Counted from the first letter of the stretch, positions 19,273 through 28,182 are shown. The stretch: 64,000 nt of DNA from Flavobacteriaceae bacterium UBA4022 (GCA_002384055.1 DGAU01000003.1:5931-69930), one strand, 5' to 3'. The notes: generated by a model from the letters alone, not told the origin. Translations and numbers: made by a program.

Positions 19273-20922
19273 ATGACCCTTATTTCATTTTTAGGCTTCA
19301 CCATTCTGGTTGCCATAATCGCGTACCTTTCTGCTCGCAAAACCAACGAAAAAACTGCCGATGGGTATTTTCTTGGTGGCCGGAGTCTTACGGCGGGAGT
19401 CATTGCTGGATCGCTGCTCTTAACCAACTTATCCACCGAACAAATCGTTGGCCTGAACGGTTCTGCCTACGAAAGCGGTTTGTCTGTTATGGCCTGGGAA
19501 ACTTTAGCCGCAATTGCCATGGTCGTCACTGCTTTGTTTTTATTGCCACGCTATCTTAAGGGAGGCATCACCACGGTACCTCAGTTTTTGGCCAAGCGCT
19601 TCGACACATCTACAAGGACCATTACCTCAGCCTTGTTTTTGACCGGCTATGTCGTGGTATTACTGCCTGTTATACTTTATTCCGGTTCGGTCGCCATCAG
19701 CGGTATGTTTGGCATCCCAGAGGCATTTGGCATAACAGAATCTCAATCAATTTATTTGTGCGTATGGGGTATCGGCCTCATTGGCTCGGTATATGCTGTC
19801 TTTGGTGGGCTTAAAGCTGTAGCGGTGTCCGATAGCATCAATGCCATTGGGTTACTTATAGGCGGAATCCTTATCCCTGTATTTGGGCTTATGGCCATCG
19901 GTGATGGTAGCCTGATGGATGGGCTTATGGTTCTTGGCTCAGAACATCCCGAAAAACTAAAATCCATGGGAGAGCGCACAGACCCTGTTCCGTTCTATAC
20001 CTTATTTACAGGAATGATGCTCGTCCAGTTGTTTTATTGGGGAACCAATCAGCAAATTATCCAACGGGCCCTTGGGGCGAAGAACCTTCAAGAAGGCCAA
20101 AAAGGACTGCTTCTAGGTTCGTTCATTAAAATATTAGGGCCAATCATCGTAGTCCTTCCAGGAATTATTGCCTATCATATGTTTCCCAATTTATCTTCGG
20201 TAGATCAGGCCTATCCCAAACTGGTTGCGGCCGTCTTACCCCCTGCTCTATTAGGCTTTTTCGCAGCCGTGATCTTTGGCGCCATATTGAGCTCGTTCAA
20301 TAGTGTCCTAAATAGTTCTGTGACTTTGTTCGGTGTTGATATTTACAAGCAGCACATTAATCCAGAAGCCGACGAGGCAAAGGTGGTACATCAAGGGAAG
20401 CGTTTTGGTATTGTGTTGGCCATAGGGGCCATGTTTATAGCTCCAATGATTGCCAATGCCGGAAGTCTTTTTGACTACCTCCAAGAAATTAATGGGATCT
20501 ATTCCATTCCAATCTTGACCATTATTGTGGTGGGCTACACGACCAAAAGGGTTCCTGCCATTGCTGCCAAAATAGGCTTGCTTTCGGGATCCATTCTTTA
20601 TATCATCAGTCAATTCATCATGAAGCCACACTTTGTGGGCCAAGCACTAGACCAAGCCAAAGCTAATGGCATTACAGATCCAGCAGCCTTATCCATTATT
20701 GAATCACAAGGGTATTTTGGTCTTCACTTTTTGGATGTTATGGCGATTTTGTTTGTCCTGAATGTGTTGATCATGTTATTGATTGGACGCCTATACCCCA
20801 GAGCAGAAGCATTTGAGCAAGTGTATACCAAACAGGTCGACATCACCCCTTGGCAGCCCGCCAAATTTGTTGGGTCATTAATTGTGCTTATTGTGGTGAT
20901 GATCTATATTTATTTTAGTTAG
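19273..20922 (+). CDS. Sodium:solute symporter family (SGLT-like) transporter
   Basis: 549 aa and multi-TM. SSS-family motifs GLKAVAVSDSINA and FYWGTNQQIIQRALGAK. Confidence 0.85.
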   Translation: MTLISFLGFTILVAIIAYLSARKTNEKTADGYFLGGRSLTAGVIAGSLLLTNLSTEQIVGLNGSAYESGLSVMAWETLAAIAMVVTALFLLPRYLKGGITTVPQFLAKRFDTSTRTITSALFLTGYVVVLLPVILYSGSVAISGMFGIPEAFGITESQSIYLCVWGIGLIGSVYAVFGGLKAVAVSDSINAIGLLIGGILIPVFGLMAIGDGSLMDGLMVLGSEHPEKLKSMGERTDPVPFYTLFTGMMLVQLFYWGTNQQIIQRALGAKNLQEGQKGLLLGSFIKILGPIIVVLPGIIAYHMFPNLSSVDQAYPKLVAAVLPPALLGFFAAVIFGAILSSFNSVLNSSVTLFGVDIYKQHINPEADEAKVVHQGKRFGIVLAIGAMFIAPMIANAGSLFDYLQEINGIYSIPILTIIVVGYTTKRVPAIAAKIGLLSGSILYIISQFIMKPHFVGQALDQAKANGITDPAALSIIESQGYFGLHFLDVMAILFVLNVLIMLLIGRLYPRAEAFEQVYTKQVDITPWQPAKFVGSLIVLIVVMIYIYFS

Positions 20923-21062
20923 TCACAATCCCCCAGCCTCGTAAAGACCTCCGTGCATCATGGGGGTTTTTTCATTGGGCCTACTTGGTGTTTTGGCACT
21001 GATGTTGCTATCTTTATCCAGAAGGAGTGCCGATGCTCCCAGAGTAAAATTTTATCTTTATT

Positions 21063-21392
21063 ATGTCTTACTACGACCCAAAAGACCTGCGTAAATTCAA
21101 GGACATCACCCAATGGAGTGAGGCGCTTGGTCATAAGTTTTTTGATTATTACAATGCTGTTTTTCAAGAAGGCGCATTGACCCCGCGCGAAAAATCACTC
21201 ATCGCCCTGGCCGTGGCCCACACCGAAATGTGCCCTTATTGTATCGATGCCTATACAGAAGACGGTCTCAAGCGGGGTATTACTAAAGATGAAATGATGG
21301 AAGCCGTGCATGTGGGCGCCGCAATCAAAAGTGGGGCATCACTGGTTCATAGTGTCATGATGATGAACAAAGTCAACAAACTAGACGCCTAG
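21063..21392 (+). CDS. AhpD/carboxymuconolactone-decarboxylase-like protein (arsenosugar-associated peroxidase-like)
   Basis: 109 aa with the AhpD-type CxxC motif (ALAVAHTEMCPYCIDAY). Lies immediately upstream of the ArsS-like radical SAM gene. Confidence 0.8.
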   Translation: MSYYDPKDLRKFKDITQWSEALGHKFFDYYNAVFQEGALTPREKSLIALAVAHTEMCPYCIDAYTEDGLKRGITKDEMMEAVHVGAAIKSGASLVHSVMMMNKVNKLDA

Positions 21393-21397
21393 AGAGA

Positions 21398-22462
21398 ATG
21401 ACCAAAGTAAAAGGACAATCGCTACACAAACAATCCAATCCCCTAGCTGATGCCACGCATCAGCTAAAGATACTGGCCGAAGGCCCATTCAAAAATGGGG
21501 ACTTACCGCTTTTTAAGGAGCGTATTCATCAGAGTTTAGGACAACCCCTTGTCGCCAAGAAACTAGAGATTCTGCAGATTAATGTGGGGTATATGTGCAA
21601 CCAAGTTTGTGACCACTGTCATGTCGATGCTGGGCCCGACCGCAAAGAAATCATGACCCGAGCGACGATGGAGCAATGCCTAGAAGTCATCAAGACCACC
21701 AAGGCCCAAACACTCGATCTCACCGGTGGTGCGCCAGAAATGAATCCTAATTTTCGTTGGTTTGTGGTGGCCGCGCGCAAAGCCGGTATCCAAGAAATCA
21801 TTGTGCGCAGTAATCTGACCATCATCAGAGCGCATAAGAAATACCACGACCTTCCTGATTTTTTTAAACAACACAATATCCATGTCGTGAGCAGCATGCC
21901 CCACTGGACTAAGGACAAAACAGACAAACAGCGTGGTAGCGGTGTTTTTGAGGCCTCTATTGAAGCCCTTAAACAACTCAATGCCGTGGGCTACGGACAG
22001 CCCAATAGCGGCCTGCAATTGGATTTGGTGTACAATCCAAGTGGTGCTTTTTTGCCCGCAGATCAAAACGATTTGGAAGCTGACTTCAAGCAAAGACTGC
22101 GCAGCGACTTTGGTATTGAATTCGGTCAACTCTTTGCCATCACGAATTTGCCGATATCTAGATTCTTGGATTTTCTCATTGCCAGTGATAATTACCAAGA
22201 CTATATGTATCGCTTGGTCGATGCTTATAATCCCGCTGCTGCCCAAAGTGTTATGTGCACCAACACCCTCTCCGTTTCTTGGGACGGCGCATTATATGAT
22301 TGTGATTTTAATCAAATGCTGCAATTGCCCGTTGCTGGGTCTGTACGGCATATTGCGCATTACCAAGAGTCCCTTATGGAAGGACGTAAAATCAAGGTCT
22401 CACAACACTGCTATGGCTGTACCGCCGGAGCAGGAAGCAGCTGCCAAGGTAGCGTGGCTTAA
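21398..22462 (+). CDS. arsS: Radical SAM protein, ArsS-like (arsenosugar biosynthesis)
   Basis: CX3CX2C cluster CNQVCDHC after INVGYM. Cys-rich C-terminal tail HCYGCTAGAGSSCQGS, where the position that is Sec in some homologs is a TGC Cys codon here. Lies in a cluster with an ArsM-like gene. Confidence 0.8.
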   Translation: MTKVKGQSLHKQSNPLADATHQLKILAEGPFKNGDLPLFKERIHQSLGQPLVAKKLEILQINVGYMCNQVCDHCHVDAGPDRKEIMTRATMEQCLEVIKTTKAQTLDLTGGAPEMNPNFRWFVVAARKAGIQEIIVRSNLTIIRAHKKYHDLPDFFKQHNIHVVSSMPHWTKDKTDKQRGSGVFEASIEALKQLNAVGYGQPNSGLQLDLVYNPSGAFLPADQNDLEADFKQRLRSDFGIEFGQLFAITNLPISRFLDFLIASDNYQDYMYRLVDAYNPAAAQSVMCTNTLSVSWDGALYDCDFNQMLQLPVAGSVRHIAHYQESLMEGRKIKVSQHCYGCTAGAGSSCQGSVA

Positions 22463-22472
22463 CAAAAAAAAT

Positions 22473-22973
22473 ATGAAGTATCTCCTAATTTTTATGATTC
22501 TATTGACGGGTCAAAGTATTTGGTCTCAAGAACCCTTTGCCCCTGTTTTGGAACGCTATAACAGAAACTTGATTCCCTATATTTCTGTCACAGAAGCCGC
22601 TGTGTTTCAAAATACGCAAATGGCCTATTTTTTGGATGCGCGATCTCGCGAGGAATTCGACGTCAGTCATATTTCTGGGGCTTATTTTATTGGAGAAAAG
22701 CCTCTTGCTCAAAGTGAATTGGACAAGATCATCACTGATCCCGATCGGCCGATTGTTGTTTACTGTTCTATTGGTGTGCGTTCCGAAACCAGTGGCGCCC
22801 AAATTAAAGCCCTTGGCTTCCCGCACGTACTTAACCTTTATGGGGGTATTTTTGAGTGGAAAAACACACAACATCCTGTCGTAAACACCCATCAAAACCA
22901 AACCGATAGCATACACACCTACAACAAGCGCTGGAGTGTATACCTCGGGCAAGGCATCAAAATATATGAGTAA
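22473..22973 (+). CDS. Secreted rhodanese-domain protein
   Basis: The ATG at 22473 gives signal peptide MKYLLIFMILLTGQSIWSQ. Rhodanese active-site loop VVYCSIGVRSE (CX4R). The longer track ORF from 21933 overlaps arsS out of frame. Confidence 0.8.
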   Translation: MKYLLIFMILLTGQSIWSQEPFAPVLERYNRNLIPYISVTEAAVFQNTQMAYFLDARSREEFDVSHISGAYFIGEKPLAQSELDKIITDPDRPIVVYCSIGVRSETSGAQIKALGFPHVLNLYGGIFEWKNTQHPVVNTHQNQTDSIHTYNKRWSVYLGQGIKIYE

Positions 22974-23625
22974 CCGCAACGCGCCTTTTGACCCCGATTT
23001 TGTGCGACCCATTGCTGAGGCCAGCAATAAACAACTGCTGATTATTTTTTGTAAAAACCCAGTCATTGGTCAGTGCAAGACACGCCTAGGGGCTACTCTC
23101 GGGGATGAGTCCGCCCTAGCCATTTACCATTTTTTATTGCAACACACGGCAAATGTCTGCAGGTTAGTTCCGGTCCAAAGAAGGGTTCTTTATAGCCACA
23201 AGGTAGCCGGGCAAGATTGTTGGCCTGAAGACATTTTCGAAAAAAATATACAACAAGGAGAAGACCTTGGCCAACGAATGGCCCAAGCCTTTGCCGATGG
23301 ATTTACCCAAGGCTACACCAATATTGTATTGATCGGCACAGACTTATATGATATAGATGCCCCGCTCATCGGCCAGGCCTTTGAGGCTTTGAAAACAAAA
23401 GACATGGTTGTCGGCCCAGCAGAAGATGGGGGCTATTACCTGATGGGGCTCAACCATTTAAATTCAGAATTATTTAACAATAAAAACTGGGGAACCGCTT
23501 CGGTTTTGCGAGATACTTTGAGTAATTTACATCCTGAAAGTTACCATTTGTTACCCCTACGCAACGATATAGATACCGAAGCAGATTTACACCCAATAGA
23601 TATATTTAAACCCTTCTTAAAATGA
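22966..23625 (+). CDS. DUF2064 / TIGR04282-type transferase-like protein (rSAM/arsenosugar-associated)
   Basis: Motifs CKTRLG, VLIGTDLYDI and GPAEDGGYYLMG. The ATG at 22966 overlaps the rhodanese stop by 8 nt; the track start at 22936 is a GTG. Confidence 0.7.
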   Translation: MSNRNAPFDPDFVRPIAEASNKQLLIIFCKNPVIGQCKTRLGATLGDESALAIYHFLLQHTANVCRLVPVQRRVLYSHKVAGQDCWPEDIFEKNIQQGEDLGQRMAQAFADGFTQGYTNIVLIGTDLYDIDAPLIGQAFEALKTKDMVVGPAEDGGYYLMGLNHLNSELFNNKNWGTASVLRDTLSNLHPESYHLLPLRNDIDTEADLHPIDIFKPFLK

Positions 23626-24446
23626 AACCACAACTCATAAAGCTCGTTCAAGAAGCGACTGATTTTCTCAAAGAACGCGGTTTTGATCAGCCAGAAGTCG
23701 GTATTATTTTGGGTACCGGCTTGGGACATCTCATTGATTCGGTAGAGGTCATTAAAGAAGTGCATTACAACCTCATTCCGTACTTCCCAACCGCTACTGT
23801 CGAATTTCATAAAGGCAAGCTGATATTTGGCGTTTTAGGCGGAAAAAAGGTAGTGGTCATGCAGGGACGATTTCATCTTTATGAGGGCTATAGCCAAGAA
23901 GATGTTACTTTTCCGGTTCGGGTCATGCACCAGCTCGGAATCAAAAAATTATTGGTCAGCAATGCCTCAGGCGCCTTGAATTTAGCCTTCAAAAAAGGAG
24001 AAATGATGCTTATCGACGACCATTTGAATCTACAGGGGTCTTCTCCGTTGGCTTTTCACGGTGTCGAACATATGGGCGAGCGATTTGTTGATATGAATAG
24101 GCCTTATGACCCCGCCATGAACCAACAAATCACTCAGATTGCCGAGCAACTCAATATTCGATTACATCGCGGGGTCTATGTCGGAGTCCTGGGCCCTCAA
24201 TTAGAAACACGGGCCGAATACCGATTTTTGCGTCTGGTGGGCGGCGATGCCGTCGGCATGAGTACCATCCCTGAAGTGATCGTTGCCAACCATCTGTCAT
24301 TGCCGGTTGCTGCAATATCTGTCCTGACAGACGAATGCGATCCAGATCATTTGGCACCTGTCGACATTAATGATATCATTGCCCAGGCCAAAAAAGCAGA
24401 ACCGGACATGGTTCAGCTGTTTTCTAAATTAATTGAACAGCTTTAA
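23622..24446 (+). CDS. Purine nucleoside phosphorylase (PNP/MTAP family I)
   Basis: ATGA overlap with the preceding gene. Motifs ILGTGLG, GRFHLYEGY, SNASGALN and GGDAVGMSTIPEV. Confidence 0.85.
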   Translation: MKPQLIKLVQEATDFLKERGFDQPEVGIILGTGLGHLIDSVEVIKEVHYNLIPYFPTATVEFHKGKLIFGVLGGKKVVVMQGRFHLYEGYSQEDVTFPVRVMHQLGIKKLLVSNASGALNLAFKKGEMMLIDDHLNLQGSSPLAFHGVEHMGERFVDMNRPYDPAMNQQITQIAEQLNIRLHRGVYVGVLGPQLETRAEYRFLRLVGGDAVGMSTIPEVIVANHLSLPVAAISVLTDECDPDHLAPVDINDIIAQAKKAEPDMVQLFSKLIEQL

Positions 24447-24456
24447 ATTCTCTTAT

Positions 24457-25425
24457 ATGAGCTATTTGGACACCACACACGACGTTTATAAAGAGGCTGC
24501 ACTTACGCCCAATGTTGGCTTGTGCTGCACAACCAATCCCGTTTGGGAGTTGCCAGGGTTAAAGATCCCCACGATCATGCAAGAGATGAATTATGGTTGT
24601 GGCTCTACGGTGCATCCGCGCGACTTGGCCCACCAACCCAAAATACTCTATGTCGGTGTAGGTGGCGGGATGGAATTACTTCAGTTTGCCTATTTCTCAC
24701 GTCAAAAAGGGGGCGTCATTGGCATTGATGTGGTCGATGAAATGCTCGAAGCTTCAAAAAAGAACTTTGTTGCTGCCCAGGCCATGAATCCATGGTTCCA
24801 AAGTGACTTTGTCACCCTAAAAAAAGGGGACGCATTAAACTTACCTCTAGCGGATCAAAGCGTAGACGTCGCCGCACAAAATTGCTTGTTCAATATTTTT
24901 AAAGATCAAGACCTGAAAAAAGCCGTTGAAGAAATGTACCGCGTTTTGAAGCCGCACGGACGTCTGGTGATGAGCGACCCGACTTGCGAACAACCGATGA
25001 GTCAAAATTTACGCAATGACGCGCGGCTCAGAGCACTATGTTTGAGTGGCAGCTTACCGATTGCGACCTACGTCAAAGCATTGACCGATGTCGGCTTTGG
25101 CACCATTGAAATTCGCGCACGAAAGCCCTACCGTATTTTGGACCCCGCGCACTACGAAACAGATGAATTACTTTATATTGAGTCCATTGAAGTCGCTGCG
25201 ATAAAGGACCCAATGCCCGAAGACGGGCCCTGTATTTTTACCGGAAAAGCAGCCATTTATTATGGCCTAGAAGATTATTTTGACGACAAGAAAGGCCACA
25301 TATTAGTGCAAAATCAACCGCTGGCCATTTGCGATAAAACCGCTGCAGCGTTAGAAGAATTAAACCGAAATGATATTTTTATAAGTCCTTCTACCTTTCA
25401 TTACGATGGAGGAGGCTGTTGTTAA
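24457..25425 (+). CDS. arsM: ArsM-like SAM-dependent arsenite methyltransferase
   Basis: SAM-binding loop LYVGVGGGMEL. Conserved Cys motifs GLCCTT and NYGCGS. C-terminal GGGCC. The first ATG is at 24457; the track start at 24433 is a TTG. Confidence 0.8.
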   Translation: MSYLDTTHDVYKEAALTPNVGLCCTTNPVWELPGLKIPTIMQEMNYGCGSTVHPRDLAHQPKILYVGVGGGMELLQFAYFSRQKGGVIGIDVVDEMLEASKKNFVAAQAMNPWFQSDFVTLKKGDALNLPLADQSVDVAAQNCLFNIFKDQDLKKAVEEMYRVLKPHGRLVMSDPTCEQPMSQNLRNDARLRALCLSGSLPIATYVKALTDVGFGTIEIRARKPYRILDPAHYETDELLYIESIEVAAIKDPMPEDGPCIFTGKAAIYYGLEDYFDDKKGHILVQNQPLAICDKTAAALEELNRNDIFISPSTFHYDGGGCC

Positions 25426-25427
25426 TT

Positions 25428-26312
25428 ATGGAATCGTACCTCGAGCTGATCATCGCCTCCTATCAGGGTTATTTTAATTACCTGACCAAAGAAATTACCC
25501 AATGGTATTGGGGCAATTATTTTTATGGCCTGATCATTATCTCTTTGGTGGTTTGGGGCTTGGAAGTTATTTTTCCATGGCGTAAGGACCAATCCATTTT
25601 TCGCAAAGACTTTTGGCTTGACACTTTTTATATGTTCTTTAACTTCTTTTTGCTCAATTTGATTGTACTCATTGCCCTGTCAGAGGCAACCGCCCGGGTT
25701 TTTGATGACCTTCTTGGAATGTTTGGTTTGGGGATGGTTAATATTGAGCTTTTTGATTTAGAAGCGCTGCCTTACGGACTCGGTTTATTGGTGTTTTTCT
25801 TGGTTAGTGATTTCGTTCAATGGAACACCCACAAACTGCTCCACCGCATTCCGCGCCTTTGGCAAATTCATAAGCTGCATCATAGCGTCAAGGAGATGGG
25901 GTTTGCCGCCCATTTGCGTTACCATTGGTTGGAGCCTGTGGTTTATAAAGCATTGCTCTACATACCCATTGCGCTGATTGGTGGCCTGGACGCCAAAAAT
26001 GTGGCTTTAGTTCATTTTTTCGCCATCACTGTAGGCCATTTGAATCACGCCAATTTGGGTTGGGACTATGGCCGTCTTAAATACATATTTAACAACCCCA
26101 AAATGCACATTTGGCATCATGCCAAAAACTTGCCCGATCATGCCCCTTATGGGGTCAATTTTGGGTTAACACTGAGTCTATGGGATTATCTTTTTGGGTC
26201 CGCTCATGTCCCTAAAGAGGGCCGAGACATCGAATTAGGCTTTCACGGAGATGAAGACTTTCCGAAAACCTTTATCCAGCAAGAATTTCACCATTGGCAT
26301 CGCAAGTCATGA
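25428..26312 (+). CDS. Fatty acid hydroxylase / sterol desaturase family membrane protein
   Basis: Multi-TM with three His boxes: HKLLH, HKLHHS and HIWHH. Confidence 0.8.
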   Translation: MESYLELIIASYQGYFNYLTKEITQWYWGNYFYGLIIISLVVWGLEVIFPWRKDQSIFRKDFWLDTFYMFFNFFLLNLIVLIALSEATARVFDDLLGMFGLGMVNIELFDLEALPYGLGLLVFFLVSDFVQWNTHKLLHRIPRLWQIHKLHHSVKEMGFAAHLRYHWLEPVVYKALLYIPIALIGGLDAKNVALVHFFAITVGHLNHANLGWDYGRLKYIFNNPKMHIWHHAKNLPDHAPYGVNFGLTLSLWDYLFGSAHVPKEGRDIELGFHGDEDFPKTFIQQEFHHWHRKS

Positions 26313-27010
26313 AAATACTGTCGGCTCTTGCAATCTTATTCCATTGCTTCCTAGGCCAAGCCCAGGCCATTGACCACAGCCTATGGGATGATTTATTGCA
26401 AGAGCATGTGACCTCAGAAGGGCAGGTAGACTATACAGGATTCCGTCAAGACTACGCCATATTAGCCCAGTACGTGGACCACCTAGAGCGCCTATTACCT
26501 CAAGTACAAAAGAGCGATAAAAATGAGCAATTGGCATTTTGGATCAACGCCTACAATGCCTGTACAGTCCGCCTGATCTGCGATCATATGCCGATTTCCA
26601 GTATCAAAGATATTTCTCGACCATGGAAAAAAGTGGTGATGACTGCTGCTGACCGCTCCTATACCCTTGATGATATCGAACACAATATACTGCGCAAAAT
26701 GAATGAACCACGCATGCATTTCGCTATCAACTGTGCTTCGATGTCTTGCCCCCAGCTGGCAAACCAAGCCTATCTAGGGCGCAAAATTGACAGGCAACTC
26801 GAAACTGCTGCCCAAGGTTTTTTACGGGACACCTCAAAGAATATAATCGCGCCCAGCCAAATATTCTTGTCCAAAATATTTCTTTGGTTTCGAACGGATT
26901 TTGGTACGACAACCGACCTGATACAGATGATCAACCAGCACACGGGATCCAGAGTGCCCGATAATGTTTCTATAACCTATTTGTCTTATGACTGGGCGCT
27001 CAACAACTAA
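26309..27010 (+). CDS. DUF547 domain protein (secreted)
   Basis: The ATG at 26309 (ATGA overlap) gives signal peptide MKILSALAILFHCFLGQAQA. DUF547-like motifs AFWINAYNACTV and HFAINCASMSCP. Confidence 0.7.
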   Translation: MKILSALAILFHCFLGQAQAIDHSLWDDLLQEHVTSEGQVDYTGFRQDYAILAQYVDHLERLLPQVQKSDKNEQLAFWINAYNACTVRLICDHMPISSIKDISRPWKKVVMTAADRSYTLDDIEHNILRKMNEPRMHFAINCASMSCPQLANQAYLGRKIDRQLETAAQGFLRDTSKNIIAPSQIFLSKIFLWFRTDFGTTTDLIQMINQHTGSRVPDNVSITYLSYDWALNN

Positions 27011-27019
27011 AATTTAGCC

Positions 27020-27721
27020 ATGGCCATTGAGATTTCGGTAATCATTCCCACCTTCAACGAGGCCCCGAATATTGTCCAAACCATAACGGCTCTGCGCCAT
27101 CGAGCAGCAAAAATAACCACTTTAGAAATTATCGTAGTGGATGGCGGCAGCACAGACGGCACTCAGGGTCTTCTCCAACAATTCGATGGTGTTCGCTGTC
27201 TCGCTGCCCCAAAAAAAGGCCGTGCCGCGCAAATGAATTTTGGGGCGCAAAACGCATTGGGCAACGTATTATATTTCCTTCACGCAGACACCATTACGCC
27301 GCACGATTTCGATCTTTATATTATGAACTATATCGCGCCAGGGAAACAGGCTGGTTGTTTTCGGATGAAATTTGACACGGGTCATTGGTGGTTGCAGCTT
27401 GCTGGTTGGGGGACTCGTTTTCGCAAGAAAATTTGCCGTGGCGGCGATCAGAGTTTGTTTGTAACCAAAGCCCTTTTTCGCGACATTAATGGATATGATG
27501 AGGCCTTCATTATCTGTGAAGACTTGGAAATCATCGATCGCCTGTGGACGGCAACCCATTTTGGTGTGCTCCCCAAATCGGTCATAACCTCGGCCCGAAA
27601 ATATCAGCAAAAAGGCATCTGGACTTTGCAATACCACTTTTGGGTCATTCAATATTTATACCGCCGTGGGGCAAGTCCGGAAAGACTCTACGGCTATTAC
27701 CAGAGTAAGATCAAGTCGTAA
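27020..27721 (+). CDS. GT2-family glycosyltransferase (TIGR04283-type, rSAM/arsenosugar-associated)
   Basis: ISVIIPTFNE, VVDGGSTDGT and FLHADT motifs of a GT-A fold, at the end of the ars-type cluster. Confidence 0.75.
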   Translation: MAIEISVIIPTFNEAPNIVQTITALRHRAAKITTLEIIVVDGGSTDGTQGLLQQFDGVRCLAAPKKGRAAQMNFGAQNALGNVLYFLHADTITPHDFDLYIMNYIAPGKQAGCFRMKFDTGHWWLQLAGWGTRFRKKICRGGDQSLFVTKALFRDINGYDEAFIICEDLEIIDRLWTATHFGVLPKSVITSARKYQQKGIWTLQYHFWVIQYLYRRGASPERLYGYYQSKIKS

Positions 27722-27764
27722 TAAGGTCAAAATTCGTACCTTTGATCAAGTCAAATAATACCTT

Positions 27765-28175
27765 ATGAAGACACCAAGCATCTACAAATGGACCCTAAAA
27801 TATGGCCTGATGTCTGCCATGGCAGCCATCGTCTGTTGCGTGGCACCCGCCGTATTATTTATGCTGGGGCTCATGGGTGGCGTCGTGGCGATTTCATTTG
27901 CTGACTTTTTCTATCAGGCAGACGGTTCCCTGGGTACCGGAGCGATTGTGCTACGCGTTGTCGCTATAGGTATTGGCGCCTATGGCATTTACCGTTACAA
28001 AACCACTCAAGACCAATGTTCTATTGACCCCAAAAGAAAACGGCTCAATACCATTATCGTGGGGGCCTTGATCATTATTGTTGGTGTCCTATTGTTTATC
28101 GGTCTAGAAAAATTTTCTGCGTGGTATTTCGATGCTTACATCGTTCCACAGCAACAAATCGAACTAAGTAAGTAA
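27765..28175 (+). CDS. Small integral membrane protein with vicinal Cys pair in TM1
   Basis: 136 aa with about 4 hydrophobic helices. A CC pair sits in the first helix (MAAIVCCVAPAVLF). No family recognised. Confidence 0.55.
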   Translation: MKTPSIYKWTLKYGLMSAMAAIVCCVAPAVLFMLGLMGGVVAISFADFFYQADGSLGTGAIVLRVVAIGIGAYGIYRYKTTQDQCSIDPKRKRLNTIIVGALIIIVGVLLFIGLEKFSAWYFDAYIVPQQQIELSK

Positions 28176-28182
28176 TGCCCCC

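Noticed and set aside
20929-20975. Possible terminator after the SSS transporter gene (ccccca...tggggg followed by a T-run).
   Set aside because: The stem is only 6 bp and the loop is about 25 nt. That is too weak to call as a feature.
21398-22462. Possible selenocysteine (in-frame TGA) in the ArsS C-terminal tail, as in some homologs.
   Set aside because: The relevant codon is TGC (Cys) in ...GAGSSCQGS. There is no in-frame TGA and I saw no SECIS-like hairpin.
21933-22472. A 346-aa ORF that would overlap most of the second half of arsS in another frame.
   Set aside because: Only the part from the ATG at 22473 has protein-like features (signal peptide plus rhodanese domain). The upstream part is a shadow of the arsS frame.
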